A program made the translations under genes and the position numbers. A stretch of DNA of 37,034 nucleotides from Paracoccaceae bacterium (GTDB lineage Bacteria > Pseudomonadota > Alphaproteobacteria > Rhodobacterales > Rhodobacteraceae): contig WFTU01000412.1 in the NCBI GenBank assembly GCA_015485375.1, forward strand, positions 1 to 37,034, written 5' to 3'. How positions within the stretch are numbered: the first letter of the stretch is position 1; each line of letters begins with the position of its first letter. The notes under the pieces are model-generated. The model was not told the origin of the DNA, made no database searches, and saw nothing but the letters and a program-made list of their open reading frames with translations. Below, in pieces: positions 25,177 through 34,901 of the stretch.

Positions 25177-26203
25177 TGGCCCACGACATTCTCAAGCTGC
25201 TCGACCAGCTGGAACCGAGTGTCCGCAAGGCGTTTCTGGCTTCCATACAGGACATTCGGTCCGAAGCGCAGATGGCTGTGATCGTCGGTGCCCTGGAGCG
25301 CGGCGATATCCCGGCGGCACTGACGGCCCTCAACCTTCGGCCGGAGTTTTTCGCGCCGCTCGATGACGTTTTGCGGGCTGCATACATGCAGGGGGGCGCG
25401 GAGGCGCTGGCAGGTCTGCCAAGGCTACCCGACCCTTTTCCGGAGGGCGCGTGGTTGCGCGCTTTGATGGCCGCAATCCGCGCGCGGAACAGTGGCTGAC
25501 CAGAAATTCGGCACGGCTGATCACCGAGATCACCGAGGGGCAGCGCAAGCTGGTTCGGTCGGTTCTGACCCAAGGCATGGAAGAAGGCCGCGGGCCACGT
25601 TCGGTAGCGCTTGACCTTGTCGGCCGCAGGAACCGCGCCACGGGGCGACGTGAGGGTGGACTGCTCGGGCTGACCGAAAGCGGCCTGTCCACTGTCCAGA
25701 ATGCACGAGCGGCGCTCATGAGCGGCGATCCTTCGGCCATGGAGCAATATCTGAGACTGAAAAGCCGGGATCGCCGGTTTGATCCGATCGTTCGCAGGGC
25801 GATCCGCGAGGGAAAGCCGGTGCCGGCGGACCAAGCACGCAAGATAGCCGGGCGCCTGGCCGACCGGTTGCTCTACCGCCGCGGCGAGACAATCGCGAGA
25901 ACGGAACTGCTGCAAAGCCTGCACGCCGCCCAGAACGAGGGGATCATGCAGCTGATCGACGCCGGGAAAATCCGGCAGGACCAGGTCACGGTGGTGTGGG
26001 ATGCGGCAAACGACAGCGCAACGCGACCCAGCCACCGGGCGATGGATGGGCAGACGCGCCGCTTGGGTGAACCGTTCACATCTGGCGACGGCAACCAACT
26101 GATGTTTCCGGGTGATACAAGCCTGGGCGCGCCGGCTTCCGACATTGTCAACTGTCGCTGCAGGTTGGAGCAGCGCATCAACTTCCTGGCCGATCTGCCA
26201 TGA
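25176..26203 (+). CDS. Mu gpF-like minor head morphogenesis protein, split in two frames (25176-25499 and 25451-26203), joinable by a -1 shift at 25433-25439
   Basis: C-terminal half has RGETIARTE, W....D..TR.SH..MDG, PF, FPGD, NCRC; the N-terminal half reads into it only after a -1 shift at C CCT TTT. Confidence 0.85.
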
Positions 26204-26607
26204 CGGTTTTCAAGGTCGCGCATCTCGATGCGTGGGCGCGCAAGATCAAGAAGCGCACCGACCTGATCGTGCGCCAGGCCACGCATGACGTGATCGCCAG
26301 CGCGTCCCGGACAAGGCCCGGGGTGATGCGCGGCGGCACGGTGCAGCCCGGCTACGTGCCGCGCGACACCGGGTTTCTTGCAGCATCGCTGGTTTCGTCG
26401 CTGAACGGCTCGACAGCGCTGACCGGCGAGGACAGCTACATCATGGTCGTCGCGGATATGGATGCAGGCGACGTGGCGGAATTCGGCTGGACCGCGGCAT
26501 ACGCCCGCGTTGCGCACTATCGCGGCTGGATGTGGGTCGATGTGGCAGCCAACAACTGGCCGCGCATTGTCGACCAAGTCGTCGAAAGAGCAAAGGCCAT
26601 GTCATGA
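26200..26607 (+). CDS. HK97 gp10-like tail completion protein
   Basis: P.DTGFL.AS, WTAAYAR, W...A..WP.IV. Confidence 0.8.
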   Translation: MTVFKVAHLDAWARKIKKRTDLIVRQATHDVIASASRTRPGVMRGGTVQPGYVPRDTGFLAASLVSSLNGSTALTGEDSYIMVVADMDAGDVAEFGWTAAYARVAHYRGWMWVDVAANNWPRIVDQVVERAKAMS

Positions 26608-27005
26608 ACAAGAAGGACATCGTCAACGGTCTGAAGGATGTGCTCGATGGCGCGATCTTTGGCGTCGGCGTTTCCTGGCCGAACTTGGACTATTCCGGCA
26701 GTAGGCCCTTCCTTGAGGTGTCCTTCCCGACCGTCGTGCGAACGGGCGCCACGTTGAAGGGCAACCAGGTCGTGCGTGAGATCGGAAGGATGATGGTCAT
26801 TGTCGTTGCCGATCTGAACGAAGGCGAGGACACAGCCAACGATTTCGCGGACCAGGTCGAAGCGCTGTTTGTCGAGGGCAAGACCATCGCCATCACAGGC
26901 GGCAATGTCGTGATCACGGCACCGCCAGAAATTCGCGGCGGCTTTCGCGATGGTCCGGATTGGCGCGTTCCGGTGCTCATTCGCTATACCGCCACGTCAA
27001 CCTGA
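26604..27005 (+). CDS. Tail terminator-like protein (DUF4128-type)
   Basis: VSWPN..Y, GEGE..A...AD.V.ALF..G, W.VPV.I.Y; precedes the major tail gene. Confidence 0.75.
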   Translation: MNKKDIVNGLKDVLDGAIFGVGVSWPNLDYSGSRPFLEVSFPTVVRTGATLKGNQVVREIGRMMVIVVADLNEGEDTANDFADQVEALFVEGKTIAITGGNVVITAPPEIRGGFRDGPDWRVPVLIRYTATST

Positions 27006-27078
27006 TACCGGCCTACCGGGCAGGCCGGTGCCCCACAGCGGGTGAGGCCCGGAGACAACCCAAGAACTGGAGGGCAGC

Positions 27079-27513
27079 ATGTCCATTTCCTTCATCGGTT
27101 CGACGCTCAGCGTGTCGGCCGCGAAACCTGCGACCGAGGACGCGTCCGGCTACGGCGCCCTGACCTGGACGGAAGTCGGCAAGGTCGTGTCGATCGGCGA
27201 ACTCGGAGATGAGGCCGAGGATATCGCGTTCGATGTTCTGAAGACCGGTCGCAAGAACCACGTCAATGGCGTGAAAGACATCGGCGACGTGCCGGTGACT
27301 ATCGAATACGACGTTTCCGACGCTGGCCAGGTGATCATCACGGCGGGCAACAACGGCAATACGACCCATTCCTTCCGGATCACCGACACCGACGGCGAGA
27401 ACTGGTATTTCTACGGGCTGATCGCCAACCAGAAGATGATGGCGCGCGAGTCCGGCCAATACAAAGGCCAGTCCTTCGTGATGCGCGGCCAATCCGGTCT
27501 GGTCAAGGCGTAG
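27079..27513 (+). CDS. Major tail tube protein
   Basis: P.T.D..GY.ALTWTEVG.V.SIGELG, D.GQ, YF.GL; GGAGG RBS. Confidence 0.85.
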   Translation: MSISFIGSTLSVSAAKPATEDASGYGALTWTEVGKVVSIGELGDEAEDIAFDVLKTGRKNHVNGVKDIGDVPVTIEYDVSDAGQVIITAGNNGNTTHSFRITDTDGENWYFYGLIANQKMMARESGQYKGQSFVMRGQSGLVKA

Positions 27514-27595
27514 ACCGCCGGGTGCTGCGACTGCCAGACCGGTCAGGGGCGGGTTGGCGGACCCGCCCCGATTTCTTCCGCCAAAGAGGTAACAC

Positions 27596-28048
27596 ATGGA
27601 TCTTTCGACCCTGAACACAGCGGGGCCAGCCGAACGCGGCTCGGCGCTCCACCTGAAACACCCGGCGCTTGGGCACCTGCTCTACACCGGCGACGGCGCG
27701 TCCGAAATGGGCGAGTTGATCGACGAAAGCAAGGCCGAGCCGGTCCTGGTGTTTGTGCGCGGCATCGAGAGCAAATCGGCCAGGGAATTCGCTCGCGCGC
27801 TCCATCAGGCCCGCATGAAACTCGACGAGAAGCGCCCGTCCGACCTGGCTGCGATCGAGAAGATCGGGTTGGACTTCGCGGTCAGCCTGGTTGTCGGGTT
27901 TTCCGGCCTCGAGCGTGACGGAAAACCGCTCGAAGCGACAGAAGAGAACATCCGGGCGTTTCTCAGCGCATCGGATGAGATCGTGTCACAAGTGACCGAA
28001 TTTGCGCAGGATAAGCGCAATTTTTTCGCGAAAGGGTCAGCCAACTAG
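27596..28048 (+). CDS. Tail assembly chaperone (gpG-like)
   Basis: Lies between the major tail and tape measure genes; ends ...RNFF with a slippery site. Confidence 0.85.
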   Translation: MDLSTLNTAGPAERGSALHLKHPALGHLLYTGDGASEMGELIDESKAEPVLVFVRGIESKSAREFARALHQARMKLDEKRPSDLAAIEKIGLDFAVSLVVGFSGLERDGKPLEATEENIRAFLSASDEIVSQVTEFAQDKRNFFAKGSAN

Positions 28049-28413
28049 AACTGGCGGCCCGTCAGTATGGCTGGCTCAGCGCCGTCCCGGAAGACGATGC
28101 CGGCAACAAGTGGCCGCATGACAGGCTCTCCCAGCGGCGCCTTGAGGGCCTTTCGGACGGCATCCTGGAGGTCGGGCCCGGGCGTTACCTCGTCGAGGCG
28201 CTGTTCGAGGTGGGTCCGGTATCTCCGGGCTTCAACGGCCCCTTGCCGATCACGTGGCAGGAAGTCGCCGGATACATGGCTGCGACTGAGGCCATAAGCG
28301 AACCGTGGGAAGCGCGACTTCTGGTCTCCATGTCGCGCCAGTTCATCGCAGGCCTTGAAGAGGGCCGAAACGTGCTCTCGATACCACCGGCCGAACGCAA
28401 CGAGGATCGATAA
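28021..28413 (+). CDS. gpT part of the gpGT fusion, reached by a -1 frameshift at T TTT TTC (28021-28027)
   Basis: The -1 frame is open from the heptamer (FFRERVSQLELAARQYGWL...) to TAA at 28413; PITWQEV motif. Confidence 0.85.
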   Translation, partial: FFRERVSQLELAARQYGWLSAVPEDDAGNKWPHDRLSQRRLEGLSDGILEVGPGRYLVEALFEVGPVSPGFNGPLPITWQEVAGYMAATEAISEPWEARLLVSMSRQFIAGLEEGRNVLSIPPAERNEDR

Positions 28414-30182
28414 TGGACATCGCAAAGCTCGGCTTCCAAGTCGATTCCAGACCCGTCGACAAAGCCAACAAGCGCCTGGATGACTTCGCCCGCACCGGGC
28501 GTAAGGCTGCGAAGTCGACGGACAGGATGTCGGCATCATCTCGGCGCCTTGACCGCGCCATGAGCACGGCAGCACGCGGCGGCATCCGGAACGCCAGTTA
28601 TCAGATCGCGGACGTTGCCGTGCAGATGAGCATGGGAACCAGCGCAATGCGCGCCATGGCGATCCAGTTGCCCCAGTTACTTGCGGGCTTCGGTGTCATG
28701 GGAGCAGTGTTGGGGGCCGTGGCGGCCATTGGCGGCGCGATAGCACCCGTTTTGTTCAAGTCCGGCGACGCAGCCGGATCCGCGGCCAACGAGGTGAGCC
28801 GCCTTGGAGAAGCGCTGCTGCAAATGGACAGAACGGCGGAGGTGTCGGCTCAAAACATCAACAATTTCCTGGTTCGCTCATTCTCGGCATCGTCGGATGC
28901 CGTCATGAAACTGATTGCCGACCTGAAGAACGTGCAGTCGGAAACCGCGCTCACCCGCTTCAAGACGGAAGCGGAAGATGCGTTGTCGACGATCAGCGCC
29001 AGTGTTGACGGGGTCTCGCAGGCCTGGGTGCAACTGCTGGACATGCAACGCAAGGTCGAAGACGGCCTTTTGACGCAGACACAGGCCAACCGATATACTA
29101 AGTCGTTCCAAGAAATCATCTTGGACAGTGGCCTCGCATTCGATGAGGTGACCAAACTTGACGAGGCGCTGTCGAAACTCGGCAGCTCGGCCACAACGGA
29201 TGAATTCGTAGCCAATCTGGCAGACGCAAAAACCATCGCCGAAGATCTAGGCGGCCCGGTGGCCGACAGTGTCGTGTCTGGCCTTGTGGCAATGGCGGAC
29301 AAGGCGGGCGTCCTGAGTCTCATTCTGGGCAAGGCCGCAGACAATGCTGCGTCGATCGGAGCGGGGCTTTCGGATACCGAATTCAACCAGTTGTTCGCCT
29401 ACCAGCAATATGCGGCCACCAGGCTTGCAGCGCCGACAGAACCGCCGAAGCCACGGCGCCAGCGGTCGGAGGGACGGCGGTCACCGGTAGATACCCTGGC
29501 CGCACAATACGAGCGCCTTCGCGGGCAGATCGACCCGGTATGGCGCGCGACCAAGCAGTATGAAGACGCTGTCTCCACGCTCGATCGTGCGCTGTCCGCA
29601 GGGTTGATCGCCACGCAGGAGGAATACAACGCGCTTCTGGAACTGACCAAGTCCAGGTTCGGCGAGGTCGGTGATGGGATCAAGAACCTGCAGTCCATCG
29701 CCAAGACCATGGAAAGCAGCATGACGGACGCCTTCATGGCGATGGTGGATGGGACAAAAACGGCCCAGGACGCTTTTGCCGACATGGCGAAGGCAATCGT
29801 GAAGAAACTCTACGAAGTTCTGGTGGTCCAGCAGATTGTCGGTGGGTTTGACGCATCGACAGGAACCGGTAGCGGCATTGTCGGATCCATTTTGGGCGGT
29901 CTTTTCGGCGGCGCCCGCGCGGACGGTGGCCCGGTGGCGGCTGGCCGGACATATCTGGTTGGCGAGCGCGGACCGGAGCTTTTCACGCCCAGGACTTCGG
30001 GGCAGATCGTTCCGAACGGTGGGTCGATCGTGGTCAACCAGTATTTCAGCCTGAGCGCAAACGGCGATGAAAGCGTGAAGAAGATCATCGCAGCAGAGGC
30101 GCCCAAGATCGTGAACGCAACCAAGCGGGCCATCATCGAGGCGCGGGCGGCCGGCGGTCAGATGCGGACGGTGTTCTCGTGA
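28413..30182 (+). CDS. Tail tape measure protein (589 aa)
   Basis: MDIAKLG; YQIADVAVQ..MG....A.AIQLPQLL; C-terminal RADGGPV..GRTYLVGERGPELF.P. Confidence 0.93.
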   Translation: MDIAKLGFQVDSRPVDKANKRLDDFARTGRKAAKSTDRMSASSRRLDRAMSTAARGGIRNASYQIADVAVQMSMGTSAMRAMAIQLPQLLAGFGVMGAVLGAVAAIGGAIAPVLFKSGDAAGSAANEVSRLGEALLQMDRTAEVSAQNINNFLVRSFSASSDAVMKLIADLKNVQSETALTRFKTEAEDALSTISASVDGVSQAWVQLLDMQRKVEDGLLTQTQANRYTKSFQEIILDSGLAFDEVTKLDEALSKLGSSATTDEFVANLADAKTIAEDLGGPVADSVVSGLVAMADKAGVLSLILGKAADNAASIGAGLSDTEFNQLFAYQQYAATRLAAPTEPPKPRRQRSEGRRSPVDTLAAQYERLRGQIDPVWRATKQYEDAVSTLDRALSAGLIATQEEYNALLELTKSRFGEVGDGIKNLQSIAKTMESSMTDAFMAMVDGTKTAQDAFADMAKAIVKKLYEVLVVQQIVGGFDASTGTGSGIVGSILGGLFGGARADGGPVAAGRTYLVGERGPELFTPRTSGQIVPNGGSIVVNQYFSLSANGDESVKKIIAAEAPKIVNATKRAIIEARAAGGQMRTVFS

Positions 30183-30811
30183 CGATTTCGTATCCGCTGT
30201 CTCTGCCAACTTCGGTCGGAATGGAAAGCATCGTGCTCTCGGGCTCGCATGCCATCAAGACCACCATGTCGGATATCACCTACAAGCAGCAGGTCTTGAA
30301 TTACACGGCGCAGCGATGGGGCGCGGTTGTCAAGGTTCCGCAGTGCGACCGATCCCGTGCAGCCGATTGGGCGGCGTTCCTGTTCAGTTTGAAGGGTCAG
30401 TCCGGAACCTTCCTCATGGGCGACCCCGTCGGTGCGCAACCGCGCGGCTCGGCAGCCACCACGCCGGGAACGCCGGTGGTGAACGGAGCCGGTCAGCTCG
30501 GGAACACTCTGGCCATCACGGGTCTGCCGGCGAGCGTTGCCGGGTATCTGCTGCCGGGCGACTACATCCAGTTGGGGGCGGCATCCACCGCGACGTTGCA
30601 CATGGTCCTGACCTCCGTGACCACGGACGCCTCGGGCAATGCCACGCTCGACATATGGCCTGACATGCGCGCATCCCCCGCCGATGCCTCCACGGTTGTG
30701 CTGACCGATACGGTCGGCGTGTGGCGTCTCACCCGCCCGATCTCCGAGTTCAGCCTCCGGGGCATCGGGATTTACGGCATCGAGTTCGAAGCCATGCAGG
30801 CGATCACATGA
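30179..30811 (+). CDS. Distal tail protein (Dit-like)
   Basis: Follows the tape measure gene; W.AFL.SL.G..GTF..GDP, L.PGDYIQ, TLDIWP..R. Confidence 0.8.
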   Translation: MTISYPLSLPTSVGMESIVLSGSHAIKTTMSDITYKQQVLNYTAQRWGAVVKVPQCDRSRAADWAAFLFSLKGQSGTFLMGDPVGAQPRGSAATTPGTPVVNGAGQLGNTLAITGLPASVAGYLLPGDYIQLGAASTATLHMVLTSVTTDASGNATLDIWPDMRASPADASTVVLTDTVGVWRLTRPISEFSLRGIGIYGIEFEAMQAIT

Positions 30812-31938
30812 GCCGCGAACTTTCGCCAAGCCTGCAGGCGGCAGTCAAGGAAAGCGAGGTTCTGCCATTCTTCGCGGTCGATCTCGTCTTCGATGGCGGG
30901 CCGCTGTATTTCTGGACGGGTCCGACCGACCAGGTCATCGACGGAAAGACCTACATCGCCTCGAACTCGCTGCTCAGCATATCCGGGGTGGCGGAAACGA
31001 CCGAGATGGAGGCCATCACCGCGCTGGTGTCGCTGTCTGGCATTCCGTCCTCGGTGCTTTCGCTCGCGCTGTCGGAACCGACGCGCAACCGACCTGCGCG
31101 CATCTATCTCGGGGCGCTGAACCAATACGAGAACATCCTCTACTACTCCGAGGAAATCGGGCAGAGCGGATACTGGAACCCGAACAACATTTCGGTCGTC
31201 GACAACGCGGCGCTGAACCCGGACGGTGATGCCACGACAGCGGATCAGATCGTCGAGGACACGACCAACGACTACCACGACGCAACGCAATGGCTGAACA
31301 GCGCCGTTCGCAACGCGACATACGCATTCCGGGTCCATCTCAAGGCAAATGGCCGGGACAAGATTAGGCTGTCCATGAACGCCCTCAGTGGCGATCAGGC
31401 CCGCGCCGAGTTCGACTTGGTGGCAAAGACTGCAAGTTCTTCGACCATCGGAACGGGATCGGTCGCGTCCGTGAACATCGTGGACGAAGGCGGCGGCTGG
31501 TTCCTCTGCGAGATGATCGCGACCCCAAGCACCACAGGCGGCACCAAGGTCGGGTTCGGCATCAACCTGCTGAATTCGACTTGGGCAGCACTCTACACCG
31601 GCGATGGCGCGTCCGGTTGCTACGCCTGGGGGGCGCAACTGGAGGTCAACACGGCCTTCGGGAAATACGCCCGGACGCTGGACAAGGTCATCACCAAGTC
31701 GACCGTGCTCTATACCGAGATTTTCGCCGGTTCGATGAGCGAAATGAACATCAGCGAGGGCGCAGAGTTCTCGACCGTGACCGTCAAGATCGTGAACAAG
31801 ATGGCGGACCTCGAAAAGCCGCGCATCCGAAGGCTTACGTCTGCATACCAGAAGTCGATCTACCCAACCGATACCGGGCTCGACTTCGTGGAAAGCATCC
31901 AGGATCAGCCGGTGTTCTTCGGGAAGAAAGGCCCATGA
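30808..31938 (+). CDS. Tail hub / minor tail protein with an inserted beta-sandwich domain
   Basis: Hub-like halves (PFFAVD..FD.G.L.FWTG ... IFAG.M ... R.T...Q...YP.D.G..FV) flank an insert NIL.YSE...GWF.C...WGAQLE. Confidence 0.8.
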   Translation: MSRELSPSLQAAVKESEVLPFFAVDLVFDGGPLYFWTGPTDQVIDGKTYIASNSLLSISGVAETTEMEAITALVSLSGIPSSVLSLALSEPTRNRPARIYLGALNQYENILYYSEEIGQSGYWNPNNISVVDNAALNPDGDATTADQIVEDTTNDYHDATQWLNSAVRNATYAFRVHLKANGRDKIRLSMNALSGDQARAEFDLVAKTASSSTIGTGSVASVNIVDEGGGWFLCEMIATPSTTGGTKVGFGINLLNSTWAALYTGDGASGCYAWGAQLEVNTAFGKYARTLDKVITKSTVLYTEIFAGSMSEMNISEGAEFSTVTVKIVNKMADLEKPRIRRLTSAYQKSIYPTDTGLDFVESIQDQPVFFGKKGP

Positions 31939-32333
31939 CGTTCCTCGAGTTCATCGAACACCGCCGGTCGATGCCGTTTGCCTGGGGCAAAAACGACTGC
32001 ATGACCTTCGTGCTGGACGGGATCGAGGTGCAGACAGGCGTGAGTTTCGATCGACCGAAATACAGGACCGAAGCCGGCGCCAGGCGCGCGCTTGTCCGCA
32101 TCCTGCGCGACAGCGGGGCAAGTGATGTGACCGCGCTTTTCGACCGGCATTTCGAGCGGTCGCGGTTCCCGTCGCCTATCGGGACGCTCATAGCCCGTCC
32201 GGCACCAGAGGACCGCACGACGGGCTACGCCATGGGGTTCGCCGTTTCCGGTGCCAAGGGTGCGTTCCTGGCTGCCAGAGGGCTCGAGTTTGCCAGGCAC
32301 GAGCCGGGTGACGTCTACTGGAGGATCGAGTAA
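31935..32333 (+). CDS. NlpC/P60-related tail assembly protein (DUF6950-like)
   Basis: PFAWGKNDC..F; lies between the hub and tip genes. Confidence 0.75.
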   Translation: MTFLEFIEHRRSMPFAWGKNDCMTFVLDGIEVQTGVSFDRPKYRTEAGARRALVRILRDSGASDVTALFDRHFERSRFPSPIGTLIARPAPEDRTTGYAMGFAVSGAKGAFLAARGLEFARHEPGDVYWRIE

Positions 32334-34900
32334 TGCCGCAGATTGCGCCGATCATTGGCGCGGCGCTGGCAACCTTCGGACCGCTCGGATCAGCAATCGG
32401 AAGTCTGAGCCTGTTCACGTCCTTCCTGATCCGGGCTGGAATAGGGCTTGCGCTTAGCGCACTGTCCAGAAACACCGCCCAACAAGCCAAGACGCAAGCC
32501 ACGGATTTCGGCTTCCAGGTCACCGCCAGGGGGTCAAACCTGCTGCACCCGTATATCTACGGCGAGGCCAAGGTTTACGGCGCCGAGGTCTATCGGGAAT
32601 CCACCGGCACCGACAACAACTTCTTCCACCAGGTTCTGGTGTTCGCCGGCCACGAGGTCGACAGTTTCGTCGAATATTGGGTGGACGATTACCTTGTTAC
32701 GCTGGATAGCGCGGGAGATGTGACGAGCGCCACCAAGACGGACGGCTCGACCACGACCAAATACAATGGCAACATCCGCATCCGGCCGCACCTTGGAACT
32801 ACGACGCAGGCTGCCGACAGCGAATTGGTCAACGCCTCGGCGCATTGGACGAACAGTTGCACCCTGTATGGGCTCGCCTATCTGTATGTCCGCTTCACTT
32901 TTGGCACAGACGTCTATCCGAACGGCATTCCGCAGATCAGCGCCAAGATCAGGGGCAAGAAGGTTTACGACCCGCGCGACAGCGGGCAGTCCGAAAGCTC
33001 GCCGTCGACGTGGCTTTGGTCCGACAATCCCGCGCTGTGCCTGCGGGACTATCTCGTGGGCTCGCACGGCGTTGGGGAAGACCCGGCCTACATCGACAAC
33101 AACCTCGTGATCGCCGCCGCCGACGACTGCGACGTGCTGGTGTCCGGAAGCAAGAAATTCACCTGCAACGGCTCGTTCCTGTCAGGCGTGAAGCCCATTG
33201 ACCAGATTCCGGCGATGTTGAGCAGCATGGCCGGTCTGAGCTGGTATGGCCAAGGCAAGGACCGCATGCACGCCGGCGTGTGGAAGCCGCCCGTGCTCGA
33301 CCTCGGCGACGACGATTTGCGCTCTGCGCTGGAGGTCAGCCCGCGCCACAGCGCACGCGACCTGTTCAACTCGATTTCAGGCCTGTTCCGGGGCGCGGAA
33401 ACGGATTGGCAGCAGACCGAATATCCGCCGGTCACCAATTCGGCTTTCGTGACCGAGGACGGCGGCGAAACGATTTCGACCAGCGTGGATCTGCCGTTCA
33501 CGACGGACTCGGTCAGGGCGCGGCGGATCGCCCGCATCCTGCTCGAGGGTCACCGGCAACAGATCATGGTCGAGGGGTCGTTCGGTCTGCGCGCCGTCGA
33601 GGTTCAGGTTGGCGAGAATGTCCGCCTGACCAACAGTCGGTTCGGATGGACGAACAAGGAGTTCCAGGTCGTCGCCTGGGCGCTCAACATCGTCGGTGGC
33701 GAGGGTGAAGCGCCTGACATTCAGGTGCGGATGACACTGCGGGAAACCGCTTCGTCGGTCTATGACGAGGTGGCGGACGGGGTGGTTTACACCCGCGACA
33801 ACACTACCCTGCCGTCCGCTTTCTACGTGCCGCCCGTCGGTATCGCTCTGAGCGCAAGTCTCAAGGTCGTCTCCGAGAAGGTGACAACCGTGATCAGCGC
33901 CGACGTTACGGCCACGGGCACCGGCCAGGTTCGAGCCGCCGAGGTCGAATACAAGCAGACGACCGACAGCACATGGATTTCGGTGGGCACGGCGCCGTTG
34001 GGGCGGTTCGAGATCGTCGATGCGACCGGGGCGTCCTATGACGTGCGCGCCCGCGGCGTGAACATCTTCGGCGTGCGTGGCAGTTGGACGACCTACACGA
34101 ATTTCAGCCCTTCGCTGGCGTCCACACCGAACGACGTGACCGGCTTCACCGCGGTGGTGGCCGGCGGCAGCATCAATCTGTTCTGGGATGCGGCCACCGA
34201 TCTCGACCTGTCCTACTACGAGATCAGGCATGCTCTCGAAGAGTCCGGCGCAACCTGGTCAAATGCAACCACCGCGGTGGGCAAGATCGCGCGCCCGGCG
34301 ACCACGATTGCCGTCCCTGCCCGCCCAGGCACCTACATGATCCGGGCGGTATCAAAGACAGGCGCGGCATCCACGAACTACACGTCGGCGGTCGTGCCGG
34401 TCGCGGACCTGCAGTCGTTCACCACCAATCTGACGCAGACCGAAAGCCCGACATTCCCGGGCACCAAGACAAACTGCAGCGTCACGTCTGGCGAGTTGCG
34501 GATCGACTCGCCCGGCACGGTCAACTTTTCTGCGGACTATGCGTTCAGCGCCTACATCGACACCGGTGCCGTTCGACGGGTTCGCGCCAGATGCGAGATC
34601 AACGTCAACCGGAACGACCTCGGCGCCGGCCTGTTCGACAGTTTGTCCGGCTATATCGATGCGCAACCCGGCCTGTGGGACAGTCTGAACTCGGGCACCG
34701 GAAAATCGGATACCGACGTGGTGACCTACATCTCGACCACGAATGACGACCCCGCCGGAACGCCGACATGGAGCGCATATCGGGCTTTCCAGGCGGGCGA
34801 CTTCTCGGGACGAGCGTTTCGCTTCAAGGCGAAATTGATCACCACCGCGACGGACGTGTCGCCGGCTATCTCTGGTCTGACAGCAAGGATAGAATACTGA
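32333..34900 (+). CDS. Tail tip / host-specificity protein (gpJ-like, with FN3 domains)
   Basis: IYGE, GLAYLY, G.P.....I.GKKVYDPR, SDNPALCLRDYL; FN3-like C-terminal repeats (DLSYYEIR). Confidence 0.9.
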   Translation: MPQIAPIIGAALATFGPLGSAIGSLSLFTSFLIRAGIGLALSALSRNTAQQAKTQATDFGFQVTARGSNLLHPYIYGEAKVYGAEVYRESTGTDNNFFHQVLVFAGHEVDSFVEYWVDDYLVTLDSAGDVTSATKTDGSTTTKYNGNIRIRPHLGTTTQAADSELVNASAHWTNSCTLYGLAYLYVRFTFGTDVYPNGIPQISAKIRGKKVYDPRDSGQSESSPSTWLWSDNPALCLRDYLVGSHGVGEDPAYIDNNLVIAAADDCDVLVSGSKKFTCNGSFLSGVKPIDQIPAMLSSMAGLSWYGQGKDRMHAGVWKPPVLDLGDDDLRSALEVSPRHSARDLFNSISGLFRGAETDWQQTEYPPVTNSAFVTEDGGETISTSVDLPFTTDSVRARRIARILLEGHRQQIMVEGSFGLRAVEVQVGENVRLTNSRFGWTNKEFQVVAWALNIVGGEGEAPDIQVRMTLRETASSVYDEVADGVVYTRDNTTLPSAFYVPPVGIALSASLKVVSEKVTTVISADVTATGTGQVRAAEVEYKQTTDSTWISVGTAPLGRFEIVDATGASYDVRARGVNIFGVRGSWTTYTNFSPSLASTPNDVTGFTAVVAGGSINLFWDAATDLDLSYYEIRHALEESGATWSNATTAVGKIARPATTIAVPARPGTYMIRAVSKTGAASTNYTSAVVPVADLQSFTTNLTQTESPTFPGTKTNCSVTSGELRIDSPGTVNFSADYAFSAYIDTGAVRRVRARCEINVNRNDLGAGLFDSLSGYIDAQPGLWDSLNSGTGKSDTDVVTYISTTNDDPAGTPTWSAYRAFQAGDFSGRAFRFKAKLITTATDVSPAISGLTARIEY

Positions 34901-34901
34901 C

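Noticed and set aside
27006-27075. Hairpins around the major tail gene (also 27545-27570 and 22600-22626) as ncRNA genes
   Set aside because: Simple GC stem-loops typical of mRNA stabilisers or weak terminators flanking highly expressed structural genes; no further support.
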